Below, in pieces: positions 13,757 through 26,409 of a DNA stretch of 64,000 bases. Within the stretch, counting starts at the first letter, position 1, and each line of letters starts with the position of its first letter. A program made the position numbers and the translations under genes. Under the pieces are notes generated by a model. It made no database searches, was not told the DNA's origin, and saw nothing but the letters and a program-made list of their open reading frames with translations. This DNA is from Eledone cirrhosa. Its lineage: Eukaryota. Where the stretch lies: assembly GCA_964016885.1 (NCBI GenBank), contig OZ024742.1:289912001-289976000 (forward strand), read 5' to 3'.

Positions 13757-15200
13757 ACAAACTCTCAAACCAGTTGAATGCACAACAAAAAAACAAAAAC
13801 AAGAACGGATTCTATTTGAAACGTGCACTACTTGACATGGAGACTGCACTCAGACTTTCCCATTTAAAGGAGAGGGCAAAGAGAGAAATCAAGGTCATAG
13901 AAAATATTAAAACAAACCCTAAGGCCTTCTTTAAATTTGCAAAAGAGACTGCCTCGGTACACTGCCAGATTGGGCTACTCTTCCATAAAGATGGTTCATT
14001 AACCGAGGATCCCGAAGAGATAAGTGAAATACTGAATGAACAGTACGAACCTGATGGATTCCCAGCAGTCCTCCTAAAAACATGTAAGCGTGCCTTAGCA
14101 ACTTCACTGACAACGCTCTTCAGAAGCTCCTTGGCTAGCGGTAGACTCCCCAGAGAGCTGAAAGAAGGCATAATATGCCCTATCCATAAAGAAGGTAGCA
14201 GAGCGGAGGCCAAAAACTATAGGCCAGTCTCCCTGACGTCACGTATCAGTAAGGTCATGGAGCGAATCATCAGAAAGAAACTGATCACTTTCCTCGAGGA
14301 AAATGACCGCCTGACTAGCCCGCAGCATGGCTTTTACCCCGGAAGAAGCTGCTTACACAGCTGCTACATCACTACGACTGGGTACTGAAACAACTGCTAG
14401 ACAGCGCACATGTGGATGTGATATATCTTGACCTTGTGAAGGCCTTTACAAGGTCGACCACGGAATGATATGTGACAAACTACACAGACTCGGCATAACT
14501 GGAAAAGTAGGTGAGTGGCTGCATGACTTCTTAAAGGACAGTTGCAGTAAACGGGGCCCTCTCAAAGGAAACATCAATAACAAGTGGGGTGCTCCAAGGC
14601 ACAGTCCTGGGACCACTACTGATTTTGGAGGCTCTCTCAGACATGTCCTCTGTAGTACATACAACATCCCTCACTAGCTATGCTGATGACACTAAGGTAG
14701 CACAGGCAATCAAAAACCCGGCTGATGCTGCCCTTTTACAACAAGATCTGGATGCTATATACAAATGGGCTGAAGACAACATGCAGTTTAATGCTGGAAA
14801 ATTTCAAGCCCTACAATACCAACCTGCAAACACAAATACAGTTCAACACAGTTACACTGGACCAGGAGGGACGAAATTCCTGTGTCAAAATGGATACGAG
14901 ACCTGGGAATAGACATGAGCGACGATGCATCTTTTTCCTCACACATCATGAAAGTGGTGACAATGTGCAGACGACTCGCTGGTTGGATCTTGAGGACTTT
15001 GCGGAAAAGAGACTGAGTGACGATGTTGACATTATGGAGGACATTTATCCTAAGCCGCCTGGACTATTGTGCCCAGCTGTGGTCACCCCATAGTGTCAAA
15101 CTTACCACGTAGCTTGAGGCAATCCAACAAGGATACACTAAGTGCATTGCGACGATAAAGGAGATAAGCTACTTTGGAGAGGCTAAAAGAACTACTTTGA
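13757..15200 (+). pseudogene. degenerate CR1 ORF2 copy (same family as 1-2845)
   Basis: Homologous peptides interrupted by frameshifts, stops and an internal deletion (EQYE/PDGF). Confidence 0.9.
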
Positions 15201-15280
15201 GGAGAATAATATGGAAGTTGAAGGACCCCATAGCCAGTGACAAATTTTAAAGCTTATTACTTGATGCCTTTGACAATAAT

Positions 15281-15475
15281 TGTTTCTACTTTTGGCACAA
15301 GGCCAGCAATTACCCAGTGCATTACTGGTACTTTATTTTATCGACCCCGTAAGGATGAAAGGCAAAGTTAACCTCGACGGGATTTGAAGTCAGACCGTAA
15401 AGGGACGTAACTATGCTGGAAAGCATGGCGTCCGACCCTCTACCGATACTGCCAATTCACCCGCCCAATTACTGT
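15281..15475 (-). mobile_element. tRNA-SINE (family of 9883) with 13-bp TSD CTTTGACAATAAT
   Basis: Near-identical to 9883-10063. TSD at 15268-15280 and 15476-15488. Confidence 0.88.
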
Positions 15476-15489
15476 CTTTGACAATAATA

Positions 15490-17966
15490 AAGAGCAATTA
15501 GAGACGTACACTATAGAGGAACAGAGGAATTCTTGAAAGTGAACATGCTGAAAGCGATGGATGAAATCTGTGGCTGGAGCAGACCTATTGGCAGGAGGAG
15601 AGTAACTTAGTGGTGGAACAGTAAGGTGGAGGAGACAATCAAGGCCAAAAGGCAGGCTTGGAAAATATGGCGGGATGGGGGAAGTAGAGAACACTGTCAA
15701 GTGGCCGGGAGAGAAGCTAGGAGACAAGTGTACCTTGCAAAAAGGGAAGCACAGGATAGAAATTTCAAACGTGAGGTGTTCAGGATTGCTAGACGATGTA
15801 TCAAGGAAAATCGTGATATTGTAGGGGAGAAGTGTGTCCGTAATGATAATGGTGTACTTGCCCTCACTGATACTGATAAGAAGGTAGCCTGGAAGTGTCA
15901 CTACGACAGACTATTAAATGAGGAGAATAAATGGGAAAAAGATAGTCTGCCCCAAATCGATCCAATAGAAGGAACAGCGGTGCAAGTTAAAGGTAGTATA
16001 ATAAGTAAGGCAATCAAAGATATGAAGACAGGCAAGGCAGCTGGGCCTTCGGAGATAGTTGCTGAAATGCTGAAAGCAGAATGGGGTCATACCAAAAGAC
16101 TGGCGTAGCAGCATCATCATTAGCTGCTACAAGGGCAAAGGGGATGCTCATAAAGGGGAAACTATAGAGGCATTAAGTTAGTTGACCAGGTCATGAAGGT
16201 CACAGAAAGAGTTATAGCTCAACTAATCAGAGAGCGAATTGATCTAGATGAAATGCAGTTTGGGTTTGTGTCAGGTAAAAGTACCACAGACGCACTTTTC
16301 CTTGTACGACCACTACAGGAGAAGTACCTACCTAAAAGTAAACCCCTCTACTTAGCTTTTGTAGACCTGGAGAAAGCCTTTGACAGAGTCCCCTGCTCCA
16401 TTATCTGGTGGGCCCTTAGAAAACTAGGTGTAGATAAATGGCTTGTGAGAGCTATACAACTCATGTATAAAGAAACAGTCAGTAAGGTTAGAATTAACAA
16501 TGAATATAGTGAAGAATGTAGTGTAAAAGTTGGTGTTCCTCAAGGCTCTGTCCTTAGCCCACTCCTATTTATTATTGCCCTTCAGGCGATAACAGAGGAG
16601 TTTAAGACTGGCTGCCCATGGTTACTTCTATACACAGATGATCTAACTCTCATAGCTGAATCTATGGCTGAACTAAAGAAGAAATTCCAAACATCGAAAG
16701 GCCTTAAAGTTAACTTGTCTAAGACTAAAGTTCTGGTATGTAGAAAGGAAAATAGGGCACAGGAGCCCTCTGGGAAATGGCCATGCTCAGTGTGTAGGAA
16801 AGGAGTAGGTATAAATTCCATTTTATGTCCCAAATGCAAACTATGGGTACATAAAAGATGTAATGGGATTACAGGTAAACTATCTAAGAACGTAGATTTT
16901 ATATGTGGCCGATGCTCAGGTGCAATAAGTAGCAAGTGCTCACAGGATACTAGCTCCTTCTATTGCCCAGATGGTTCTATAGAAATAGTGAACACATTCT
17001 GTTACCTGGTGGAGGGTGCTCTGAAAGTACAGTAGCCAGAGTCAGAACGGGATGGAAAAAGTTCAGAGAGCTTATACTGCTCTTGGCCACAAAAGGTTTC
17101 TCTCTAAAAATGAAAGGCAGATTGTATGATGCCTGTATACGAACAGCAATGCTACATGGCAGTGAGACATAGGCATTACATGCAGAGGACCTGCGCAGAC
17201 TGGAAAGGAATGAAGCATGCATGCTCCGTTGGATGTGTAATAGTAATATACGTGAACGGCAAAGCATAAATGAACTAAGTGAGAAATTAGGAACAAGAGG
17301 GATCAGATGCTGTTTACTTGAGAGAAGACTACGTTGGTATGGCCACATGATGCGCATGAAAGACGACAGCTGTATAAAAAAGTGCAGGGCGATCAAAATT
17401 GATGGTTGTTACGGAGTAGGTAGACCCAACAAAACCTGGGACGATCTGATAAATTCCGACCTTACACACTTGCACCTCTCTAAGACAATGTCACTAGACC
17501 GAGATCTTTGGCGTTACACAGTAATACAGAAGACCCGCCTTACCTATGTACAAAGCGAAACCTACAGTCGGTAGGCACCTCTTAACCAAATATACACCCA
17601 ATCCACTACCCCTACCCTATCTTCGCACTCCCACCAACACCACCCTCTCTCTATAAAGTTGGTACCACCACATCCAGTCCAAATAAATGGGATAATGAGA
17701 TCGAGATCGTGTAGGTGTCACGACAAAAAACACACAGTCCACGCTGTAATGTGGTTGTGTAGGTAACACGGTAAAAAGTTCCCAGTTCCACACTGTAAAT
17801 GTGGTTGGTGTTAGGAAGGGCATCCAGCCATAGAAAACCTGCCAGATAGTCCTATATGAGCGACACACGGTCACCCGACCAACCTTGCCTCAAGTGGGAC
17901 AACTCCCATCTAAACCCATGCTAGCGTGGAAGATGGATGTTAAACAAAGATGATGATGATGATGAT
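15490..17966 (+). mobile_element. RTE LINE, 5'-truncated and disrupted
   Basis: Peptides QFGF, FVDLEKAFD, QGSVLSP, YTDD, Cys-rich insert, LHGSET, RLRWYGH. 3' UTR with (GAT)n tail. Confidence 0.9.
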
Positions 17967-18003
17967 ATGTATATACATATATGTATATAAATATATATTT
18001 ATA

Positions 18004-19172
18004 TCATCATCATCATCATCATTTTACGTTTGCTTTTCCCTGCTTGCAGCACAGCATCTCTCCACTTGTCATGGTCCTTTGTTATCTCCTCCGTGAGTTT
18101 CAGCGATCTGAGGTCTGCTCTCACCACCTCCGCCCATGTTTTTCGTGGTCTACTTCGTCTTCCTTCTACTGGGATTTCTTGGCATTTCTTTACCCAGCGG
18201 TCATTCTCCATGCGCATCATATGTCCATACCATCTCAGCCTTCTCTCCTTCACACCACAACTTATCCCTCTTATACCCAGTTTCTTTCTGAACTCGTCTA
18301 TGCTTGGTTGTTCACGCTCATTGACATTGCACATCCAACGGAGCATACTTGCTCATTTCTCTCCAGCCGTCGAATATCCTCTGCAGTTGCTGCCCATCTC
18401 ACACAGGCATCATATAACCATCCTTTCGTACGCAGGGAGAAACCCTTCTTTGTCAACAGAGGAAGCAGCTCCCTAAACTTCTTCCAATCCGTCCTTATTC
18501 TAGATACTATGGCCCTCCCATGCTAATCTGATCACCTAGGTACCAGAAGCTATCAACCACTTCTATAGAACCCACCTGCATTTGAAAAATGTGCCTATCA
18601 CTGCGATTACTACTGCCAACTTTACCTGTACATCTACTGCATATGTAGTTTTCCCTACCTGTTAGTTTGCCTGCTATACCACTACCTCTCTTGTGTACCC
18701 AAGATCTGCATTGCGTACATTTCTCTGTAAAGTTATGTTGGTACCACAACATCCAATCCTAAATAAATGAGATTGTGTAGGTGTCATGACAAAAAAAACA
18801 CACAGCCCACGCTGTAATGTGGCCATGTAGGTAACGCGGTAAAAACCTCCCAGTCCACACTGTAAACTTAGTTGGTATTAGGAAGGGCATCCAGCCGTAG
18901 AAAACCTGCCAGACAGTCCTAAACGAGCGAGACGACCAATCTTGCCTCAAGTGGGACAATTCCCATCTAAACCCATGCTAGCGTGGAAGATAGACGATCT
19001 TTGTCCCATTTATTCTCCTCATTTAGTAGCCTCTCATAGTGACACTTCCAAGCTACCTTCTTATCAGCGTCAGTGATGGCAAGTACACCATCATCATTAG
19101 GGACACACTTCTCCCCGACAATATCACGGTTTTCCTGGACACATTGCCTAGCAATCCTGAACACCTCCCTTT
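18004..19172. mobile_element. nested RTE fragments (- 18004-18720; + 3' UTR 18722-18995; - 18996-19172)
   Basis: Peptides MLRWMC..RLRWYGH and EVFRIARQC, plus a match to the RTE 3' UTR. Confidence 0.8.
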
Positions 19173-19228
19173 TTTGGTGTGTCCTTATGGTTTTGGTCCA
19201 TCCATTCCATCTTCCTATGGGAGTCTTT

Positions 19229-19860
19229 TTAGCCATTGAGGTTATGGTGGGGGGGTCTACCTCTTATAGATCTACTAGGGCAGAAACCGCTAAGGTCATA
19301 ATTATCTAAGTATTCAGTATCATAAGGAAGTCTAAGTAGGAGGCCCAGTACATCTGTGTCAACATCGCAGAACTCCACTTCACTCTCACTGATTATTTCC
19401 ATACATTTTTCCACAGCAAAATCAATGTCAATGGATGGATACAGGGATACTACATCCATACTGCCTATTATGCAGTTTGTTAAGTTTTCGTTGTACTCAT
19501 TGATTCTACTGAGGAGGTCCTCTGTGCTGTCAGATATATCTGGGGACATTTTAATTATGGGGCGTATAATCATAAAGAGGAAGTAGGAGATCCTGTAATT
19601 ACTAGCAATATTGGCTCTGCATACAGGTCTTGTTGGTGGTTCTGTCATAGGGTCGTTAGTTGTTTTATGCTTTTTGCGGAGTCCATATAAGGGTGGTATG
19701 TCATTGTTAGAGGTTTGTAAATTATTGGCTGTGTGTCTACTTGGTTTTAGGATGTCGGTCCACATCATCATGTGAGCATTGAGGTTCTTTTCTCTTTACT
19801 GATGTGTCTGGTGTGTTGTTTTGCTCGTGTTGATGATGTGGGGCTGCATAGCCTTGATGT
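19229..19860 (-). pseudogene. PLE-type reverse transcriptase fragment (different family)
   Basis: Peptides PPLYGLRKKHK, PPTRPVC, GSMDVVSLYPSID. Confidence 0.7.
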
Positions 19861-19869
19861 TGTTTGGCA

Positions 19870-21090
19870 TGCTGTTTATTGACATCCTACCAGATTTATA
19901 TACTTAGTTTTTCTCTCAGTTCATCTATGCTTCATCATTCATGCATACTAACATTACACATCCAACAGAGCATATTCATTGCATCTCTCTTCAGCCTTCA
20001 CATATCCTCTGCATTAACTGCCCATGTCTCACTGTCATGCAATATTACATGGTGGCCCCCTTTGATTCTGTTTCCACAACAGGAATTTCTTCTCTAGCTA
20101 TTCCACAGACTCAGCTACAAGAACCTGGTTGTTAGCATACAAAAATGTTCCCATGAATGGCCTAGGGAACTATAATAAGCAGGAGAGAGCTGAGGACAGA
20201 GCCCTGATGAACACCTACCTGCACATTGAATTCCTCATTAAACTCATTACTTACTCTCATTTTACTGATAGCACTTCTGTACATGACTTGCACTGCTCTC
20301 ACAAGCCATTCTTCTATGCCTAGTTTCCTTAATGACCACCAGATAATAGATCATACATCCATGGTATTACATTTGCCATCCTTCCCACTCCCTGGGACAA
20401 TGCACCCTACTCCCATAGTAAAAATATACTCAGTACACTCTGTATAGTGGTTAGTGTTAGAAAGAACATCCCACAATAGAAACCATGCCAGGGTTGAGTG
20501 GACACAAAATCTTTTCTAGTGATAGCGTCATGAAAAATGCACCCACTAGTCTGTAAAATGGTGAGCATTAATAAGGGCTTCCAGATGTAGCAAACTTGCC
20601 AAACAAAGGGTTGAAAGGATACTTCCATTGTGTCAATGGCACAACAACCTTCCTAGTTCTGGTGCCATGATAAAATGCACCCAGTACACTCCACAAAGTG
20701 GTTGTCATTAGGAAGGGCAGCCATCTATAGAAATCATGCCGAATATAGAGATAGGTGCATGTCTCTGCTCTCCCCTCACCTGCTCCCCTCCTCTCCTATC
20801 ATTGCCTTCCCAGCTTAGCTAAGGACATGAGTGTCAGAGTGTTGAAAAGTTGTAGTGCTGGTGCCACAATAAAAAGCACTTGGTCCACCCTGTAAAGTGC
20901 TGATATCACAATAAAATGTACACAGTACATGCCGTGAAGTGGTTGGCATTAGGAAGGCCATCCAGTTGCACAAACCGTGCCAAAATGAAATGTATGAGCG
21001 AGATGCCGTCATCTGATTTGTCTAATCTCAGAACATGACAATTCATCTAACCAATACAGACATGGAAAATAGATATAAAACAATGATGAT
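19870..21090. mobile_element. old RTE ORF relic plus RTE-3'UTR-like repeats
   Basis: Degenerate matches to the RTE RT and to the GTGGTTGGCATTAGGAAGGGCATCC module. Confidence 0.6.
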
Positions 21091-21172
21091 ATATATATAT
21101 ATATAGAGAGAGAGAGATATCATTATAAAAAGGGAGTTTGTACATTGACCGCTAATAACATTAAATTGATAA

Positions 21173-23363
21173 CACTGGTCTGCGATGTTTTCAAGGTCTA
21201 ACATATAATACATGATTTTAGGCCAGTTTTTTTCACTGAATCCAAAAATCATGCTCATTTTACTCAATCAGATCAGGTTAATGAAATATTAGCACATTAA
21301 AAATATCCTAAATTCCGATCTATTTGTAGGTGAATAAAACGCAATATTGAAAATATTAGACTGATTTATTCACAGAAGGCTTACAAAATATTTTGAATAG
21401 ATAGCAAGAAGAGTATAATGAACTAAGGAAGCTACTCATGGATGAATGGTCTCTTCAGGGACTTCCGTTTGTGCTGAGCAGACTGCGCATCCCTCTTTCG
21501 GCACCAGCAGTAGTCGGCCAGAAAGTTGACATCCCATCGGCCTTGATAGCGTTCCTCCATAACACTGATATCTTGGTGAAAGCGCTCACCATGTTCTTCA
21601 CTGAAGTCTCCACAATTCTCTGGAAAATAGTTCAGATGAGACCGGAGGAAGTGCATTTTCACTGACACGTGCGCACCAAGTTGGCGGAAATTCTCCATTA
21701 ACTCATCAACCACCTTCTGATACTGGGAACTTCTGTGGTTGCCAAGGAAGTTTGCAATGACTGACTTAAGGGACAACCAGGCAGAGAGTTCAGCAGGATT
21801 CAGTGCATCATCAAAACTAGTATCCTTGATGAGTTCCCTTATTTGAGGACCATCAAATATACCTGCCTTAATTTTCTCCATGCTTTTTCGTTGAAACTTC
21901 TGATGGAGGAAAGCAAATCCTCCACCTTCCCTGTCCAATGCCTTTACAAAGTTCTTCATGAGACCGAGTTTGATGTGGAGGGTTGGAAGCAATATCTTGC
22001 TCGGTTCAACCAGAGGGTGGGACAAAACGTTGTGTGATCCAGGTTTTAATCCTTGTCTTAATGGCCACTCTTGTCTGACATAATGCTGATCATCAGCACG
22101 GCTATCCCATAAGCACAGAAAGCATGGATACTTTGTGTAACCACCTTGAAGTCCTAGGATGAGTCCAACAACTTTAAGATCTCCACAGATCAACCATTTA
22201 TGTTTCTGGTAGTTCAGAGCAGACAACAGACGTTCCATGCTTTTGTGGGATTCTTTCATTTCAACTGAGTGCCCAACAGGGATCGATGAAAACTTGTTTC
22301 CGATATTCAGAAGAACTGCTTTGAGACTTCTGTTAGATGAGTCAATGAAAAGTCTCCATTCCATAGCATCATACTTCAGACCAAGTAATTCAATCAGGTC
22401 AGCAATATTGCTACAGTAGACCAGTGAAGATGCTTCATCAAACATGAAGAATTTTCTAAATTCTCTCTCGCGGTCCCGATGCCAATAGAATGTTGTTCCT
22501 GGCACCAGTAGACGTTTCTCTCGAAGACAAGAACCCAGTAGCTGGGCAGACTCCTTCGAAAGGTTCAGGTCTCGTGTCAGGTCATTGAGTTCGGCTTGGG
22601 TCAACGGCACCGGTTGGTCGTCCTCTTCTGACCTGTATTCATCACACTTAGCTGTATCAATCATGTCACTAGATTCGGAATCAGAACTAGATTCCATGGT
22701 GACACTTGGCTCAGGAACAGGAAGATCGGGGCCATGGGGGACTGGCTTTATGGCAGAAGGAACATCAGGGTATTGAACATGGTGCTTGTTCTTGCGATTG
22801 ATGCCTTTTAGATTTGTCATGCAAAAGTAGCAGTCGGTAACGTGATCTTTCCCTTCCCTCCACACCATTGGGACACCAAATGGCATACTCTTCCTTTTCT
22901 TGTTCCTCCAATCCCGTAAGTTCTCTACACATGTTTTGCAGCAGATATGGGGAGCGAATAGCTTATCCTGGTCCCCTAGTTTGACTCCAAAGTAAGCGTG
23001 ATATGCCTTCTTCACAAAATCCGTGATTTTTGCTTGACGGTCTGGAAGAACCACATGTCCGCAGATGTAACAGAACCTATTAGGATGGTTTTTACACTTC
23101 CGATCCATTTTTCTAGACCGGAAAAGAGAAATAAAAATAATTATTAAAGGTTACCCACGACCCGGTTTTGCAAAAGCAAAGCCTATAAACGCTTGGATTG
23201 CGATATTTTAGAAAAATATGCTGGAAAAGAAATAGACTATATCTTAGAAACCAGACCTGACCCAGAAAAATAAACTATTTTTGAATTCAGCATGCAAAAA
23301 GGGTCCTAAATCATTTGGAAAACCCTTGACCTTTTAAAAAAAGTTTTGAAACGCAGACCAGTG
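21173..23363 (-). mobile_element. full-length Chapaev3-type (CMC) DNA transposon
   Basis: TIRs CACTGGTCTGCG / CGCAGACCAGTG, with 3-bp TSD TAA on both sides. Confidence 0.85.
21432..23108 (-). CDS. Chapaev3-type transposase, intact 558 aa
   Basis: N-terminal zinc finger (FCYICG..CCKTC..H..DCYFC), LFIDSS, CGDLK, CFLCLWDSR, LHIKLGLMK, KMHFLRSH, EHGERFHQD. Confidence 0.85.
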   Translation of the reverse strand: MDRKCKNHPNRFCYICGHVVLPDRQAKITDFVKKAYHAYFGVKLGDQDKLFAPHICCKTCVENLRDWRNKKRKSMPFGVPMVWREGKDHVTDCYFCMTNLKGINRKNKHHVQYPDVPSAIKPVPHGPDLPVPEPSVTMESSSDSESSDMIDTAKCDEYRSEEDDQPVPLTQAELNDLTRDLNLSKESAQLLGSCLREKRLLVPGTTFYWHRDREREFRKFFMFDEASSLVYCSNIADLIELLGLKYDAMEWRLFIDSSNRSLKAVLLNIGNKFSSIPVGHSVEMKESHKSMERLLSALNYQKHKWLICGDLKVVGLILGLQGGYTKYPCFLCLWDSRADDQHYVRQEWPLRQGLKPGSHNVLSHPLVEPSKILLPTLHIKLGLMKNFVKALDREGGGFAFLHQKFQRKSMEKIKAGIFDGPQIRELIKDTSFDDALNPAELSAWLSLKSVIANFLGNHRSSQYQKVVDELMENFRQLGAHVSVKMHFLRSHLNYFPENCGDFSEEHGERFHQDISVMEERYQGRWDVNFLADYCWCRKRDAQSAQHKRKSLKRPFIHE

Positions 23364-23563
23364 TAATAATTAAGGTTTTTTTGTGTATTTTCAACTAATC
23401 TGACCTGCATTATTGTTTCTGTGCGTGTGTATACACGTGCTTGCCTGTGAGTCTTTTATATTGTTTGTGTGTGCACGTTAGTGCGTATGTGAATTCTTTT
23501 GTTTTTATATATATGAGACAACCCATCTAATCCATGCTAGAATGGAAAATGGACGTTAAATGA

Positions 23564-23599
<36 letters not shown>

Positions 23600-23793
23600 T
23601 CAGGTTTGAGGTTCACCACTGTATAGAGCTGGTCAATTCCATATGGTCAATCTTAATGTAATAATATGGAGAGTACTCAACGTAAAGCAGTTCAACCGTC
23701 TTTGTTTTTGTAGTTGGTGGTGCTAGTACGGAGTTAAATATTATAATGAAATGACAGGAGGCTGGACTTGTGTAAATCCTTGAAAGGTTTATT

Positions 23794-23851
23794 ATACTAT
23801 GATCATTTCAATGACCGGGTTCCGTATGAATCCGGTGATATCATCAGGTAT
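23794..23851 (-). ncRNA. minimal type I hammerhead-like motif
   Basis: ATAC-CTGATGA-..ACCGG..CCGGT..-GAAA-TGATCA-TA-GTAT. Confidence 0.65.
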
Positions 23852-26032
23852 TCGAAATATAATAAGTGAATGTAATAGATAAAATCCATGGGGCTGAAAA
23901 TCAAAGACCTGAGGACGACCGCCATCCAGCATCTTCCACCTTTGCCGGTCGCCCTCAAGTGACGTGGCTAAAGCTTATATGCATTATCTGACTGCAACTT
24001 GAACTATATTGTATTTCTCCTGTGTTTTGATCTCTCCATTTACTCCACCACCACTCTTGTTTGTTTATTTATATCTTTATATCTTTCTACCTTTGCTGTA
24101 TTAATGTTTTTTCCACGTATTCTACTTCTATACATCCATGTACCTTTTACTCCTCTTATTCGGGCTTTTACTCGTGTGTACCTATTAGCACACGGCACTA
24201 GAATGTCTCCCCCTGGGAACATAAATACTGCAACCTGAACTATATTGTATTTCTGCTATGTCTTGATTTCTCCATCTTACTCCACCACCACTCTTGTTGG
24301 TTTATTTATATATTTATACCTTTGCTTTATTAATGTGCTTTTCCACGTATTCTACTTTTATGTGTCCATGTATTTCTACTCTTATTGGGACTTTTACTCA
24401 CTTGTACCCATTAGCACACGACACTAGAATGTCTCCCCCTGAGAACAAAAATAAATATTACCTGACTATATCTCTTACTCTACATCCCACTAGGATAACT
24501 TATAGAGGATCTATATAATACAATTAACGTTTCTTCATAAAAGACTCTCTTTAACTAAAACCCGCAACCCAAAACCTTAAAAAAGTTTTTTAAATGTTTA
24601 ATTTTCAATTTTCTAATTGTTCAATTCTCAGTCTTCTTACTCTTTAATTTTATAATGTTATTCTGAATTCTTTCAACTTCATCCTATAAATCTAAACAAT
24701 ATTTTAACATTCCAACTTTCTGTCGGACTGTTGGGTTGGTTTTCCTGGCGACGGGACCGGCCCCCTGGCGCATAGGCCTACCTTGAGTGCTTGGAAAAAT
24801 AAATTTCCCCTTTCGGTAAATGAAACTACTCGGAGTGGCTTGATTCGCCCCAGGGGGCCGGCGCGCAGCCGGTTTTTTGACCGCCATATAGTACCTTTAA
24901 ATTACAGATCTAATCATAACTATTAGATGTATCACGCCTACCTCTACTTAAGCAAATCCCCCTCCTGGGTAAAGGAATAGTACTGGTTTTGTACAAGGAT
25001 GGCCTAACGATGTGGGCTGACTTCCTGCTGGCGCACCTGGAGTCTGTTATACATTCCTAGAGTGCTCGGAAAAATCGATTTCCATATCTTTCGCTAGGCG
25101 ATATCACTCGGAGTGGATGGGCTGCCCAAGCATGTAGTTTGACGGTTAATCAAAGACATAATCTTTACTCTATAATAAAATTTAAGTTTCTTCATAAAAG
25201 ACTCTTCTTTGCTTAAACCTCGCAACTTTTAAAATGTTAAACTGTCTAACTTTCAATTTTCTAATTTCTTTAATTTTATAATGTTAATATTAAATATTAA
25301 TTTTTTAACTTCATCCTATAAATCTAAACAAATATGTAACGTTCCAATCTTCTGCTCACACATTATAACATACAGGCCCCCACTATATTTACCTCTGCTA
25401 AAATACTTTGAAAATATTTTTTTCGCGCCATTCCTGGCCTGACTGTAGTAGTCTGACATTAATATCGACCTCTCTTCCTCTTTCTTTCTATCTTTCTTCT
25501 TGTAGCCATTAACCTTAACCCTGACTTTTTTTCTTCCTTTTCTTCCTTCTCTTCCCCCTTCTTTCTGTCTTTCTCCTTGTGGCATGATATTAACGCTGAC
25601 TTATCTTCCTCCCCCTTTTTGTTTGCCTATATTTTACCAGTAGTAGTTGTTAAGATACGGGTCCCTTAGAATCATTTTTTTCGCGACATTCCTGGCCTGA
25701 CTGTAATACCGATCTTTCCTCCTCTTTCTTTCTGTCTTTCTTCTTATAGCTGACATTAACCCTGACTTCTCTTCTTCTTCCTTTTCTTCCTTCCCCCTTC
25801 TTCTCTCTTCTTTCTTTCTTTCTTTTTTCTTGTGGCATGATATTAACGCTGACTTATGTTCCTATCCCTTTCTGTTTTCCTTTATTTGACCGGTAGTAGC
25901 ACACTGTAAGCTTTAGCCACGTCACTTGAGGGCGACCGGCAAAGGTGGAAGATGCTGGATGGCGGTCGTCCTCAGGTCTTTGATTTTCAGCCCCATGGAT
26001 TTTATCTATTACATTCACTTATTATATTTCGA

Positions 26033-26090
26033 ATACCTGATGATATCACCGGATTCATACGGAACTCGGTCATTGAAATGATCATAGTAT
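26033..26090 (+). ncRNA. minimal type I hammerhead-like motif
   Basis: Inverted copy of 23794-23851. Confidence 0.65.
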
Positions 26091-26136
26091 AATAAACCTT
26101 TCAAGGATTTACACAAGTCCAGCCTCTTGTCATTTC

Positions 26137-26210
<74 letters not shown>

Positions 26211-26350
26211 TTATCAACAACACTTTAGTATACAGGGTAGAGACTTGACGAAGTACATAAGTGGGTCTGTTTACTCCAGAGTATATTTATAATCATGAAG
26301 TACAAGTCAACAGGTTATAATTTTATAATTCACTTCGTTTATTCATAATT

Positions 26351-26409
26351 GCTGTTATATATATTTCGGTGATAACCATTATGCAACAGTTATGACCTCA
26401 TCAGACAGC
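26351..26409 (-). ncRNA. type I hammerhead ribozyme with canonical core
   Basis: GCTGT-CTGATGA-GGTcATAAC..GTTATcACC-GAAA-TATATA-TA-ACAGC. Confidence 0.8.

Larger units (their letters stand above)
23598..26146. mobile_element. non-coding element with ~240-bp HHR-bearing inverted repeats (23738-23977 / 25907-26146), inserted in (TA)n; probable non-autonomous PLE derivative
   Basis: Near-perfect inverted repeat, no credible ORF, several internal duplications. Confidence 0.7.
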
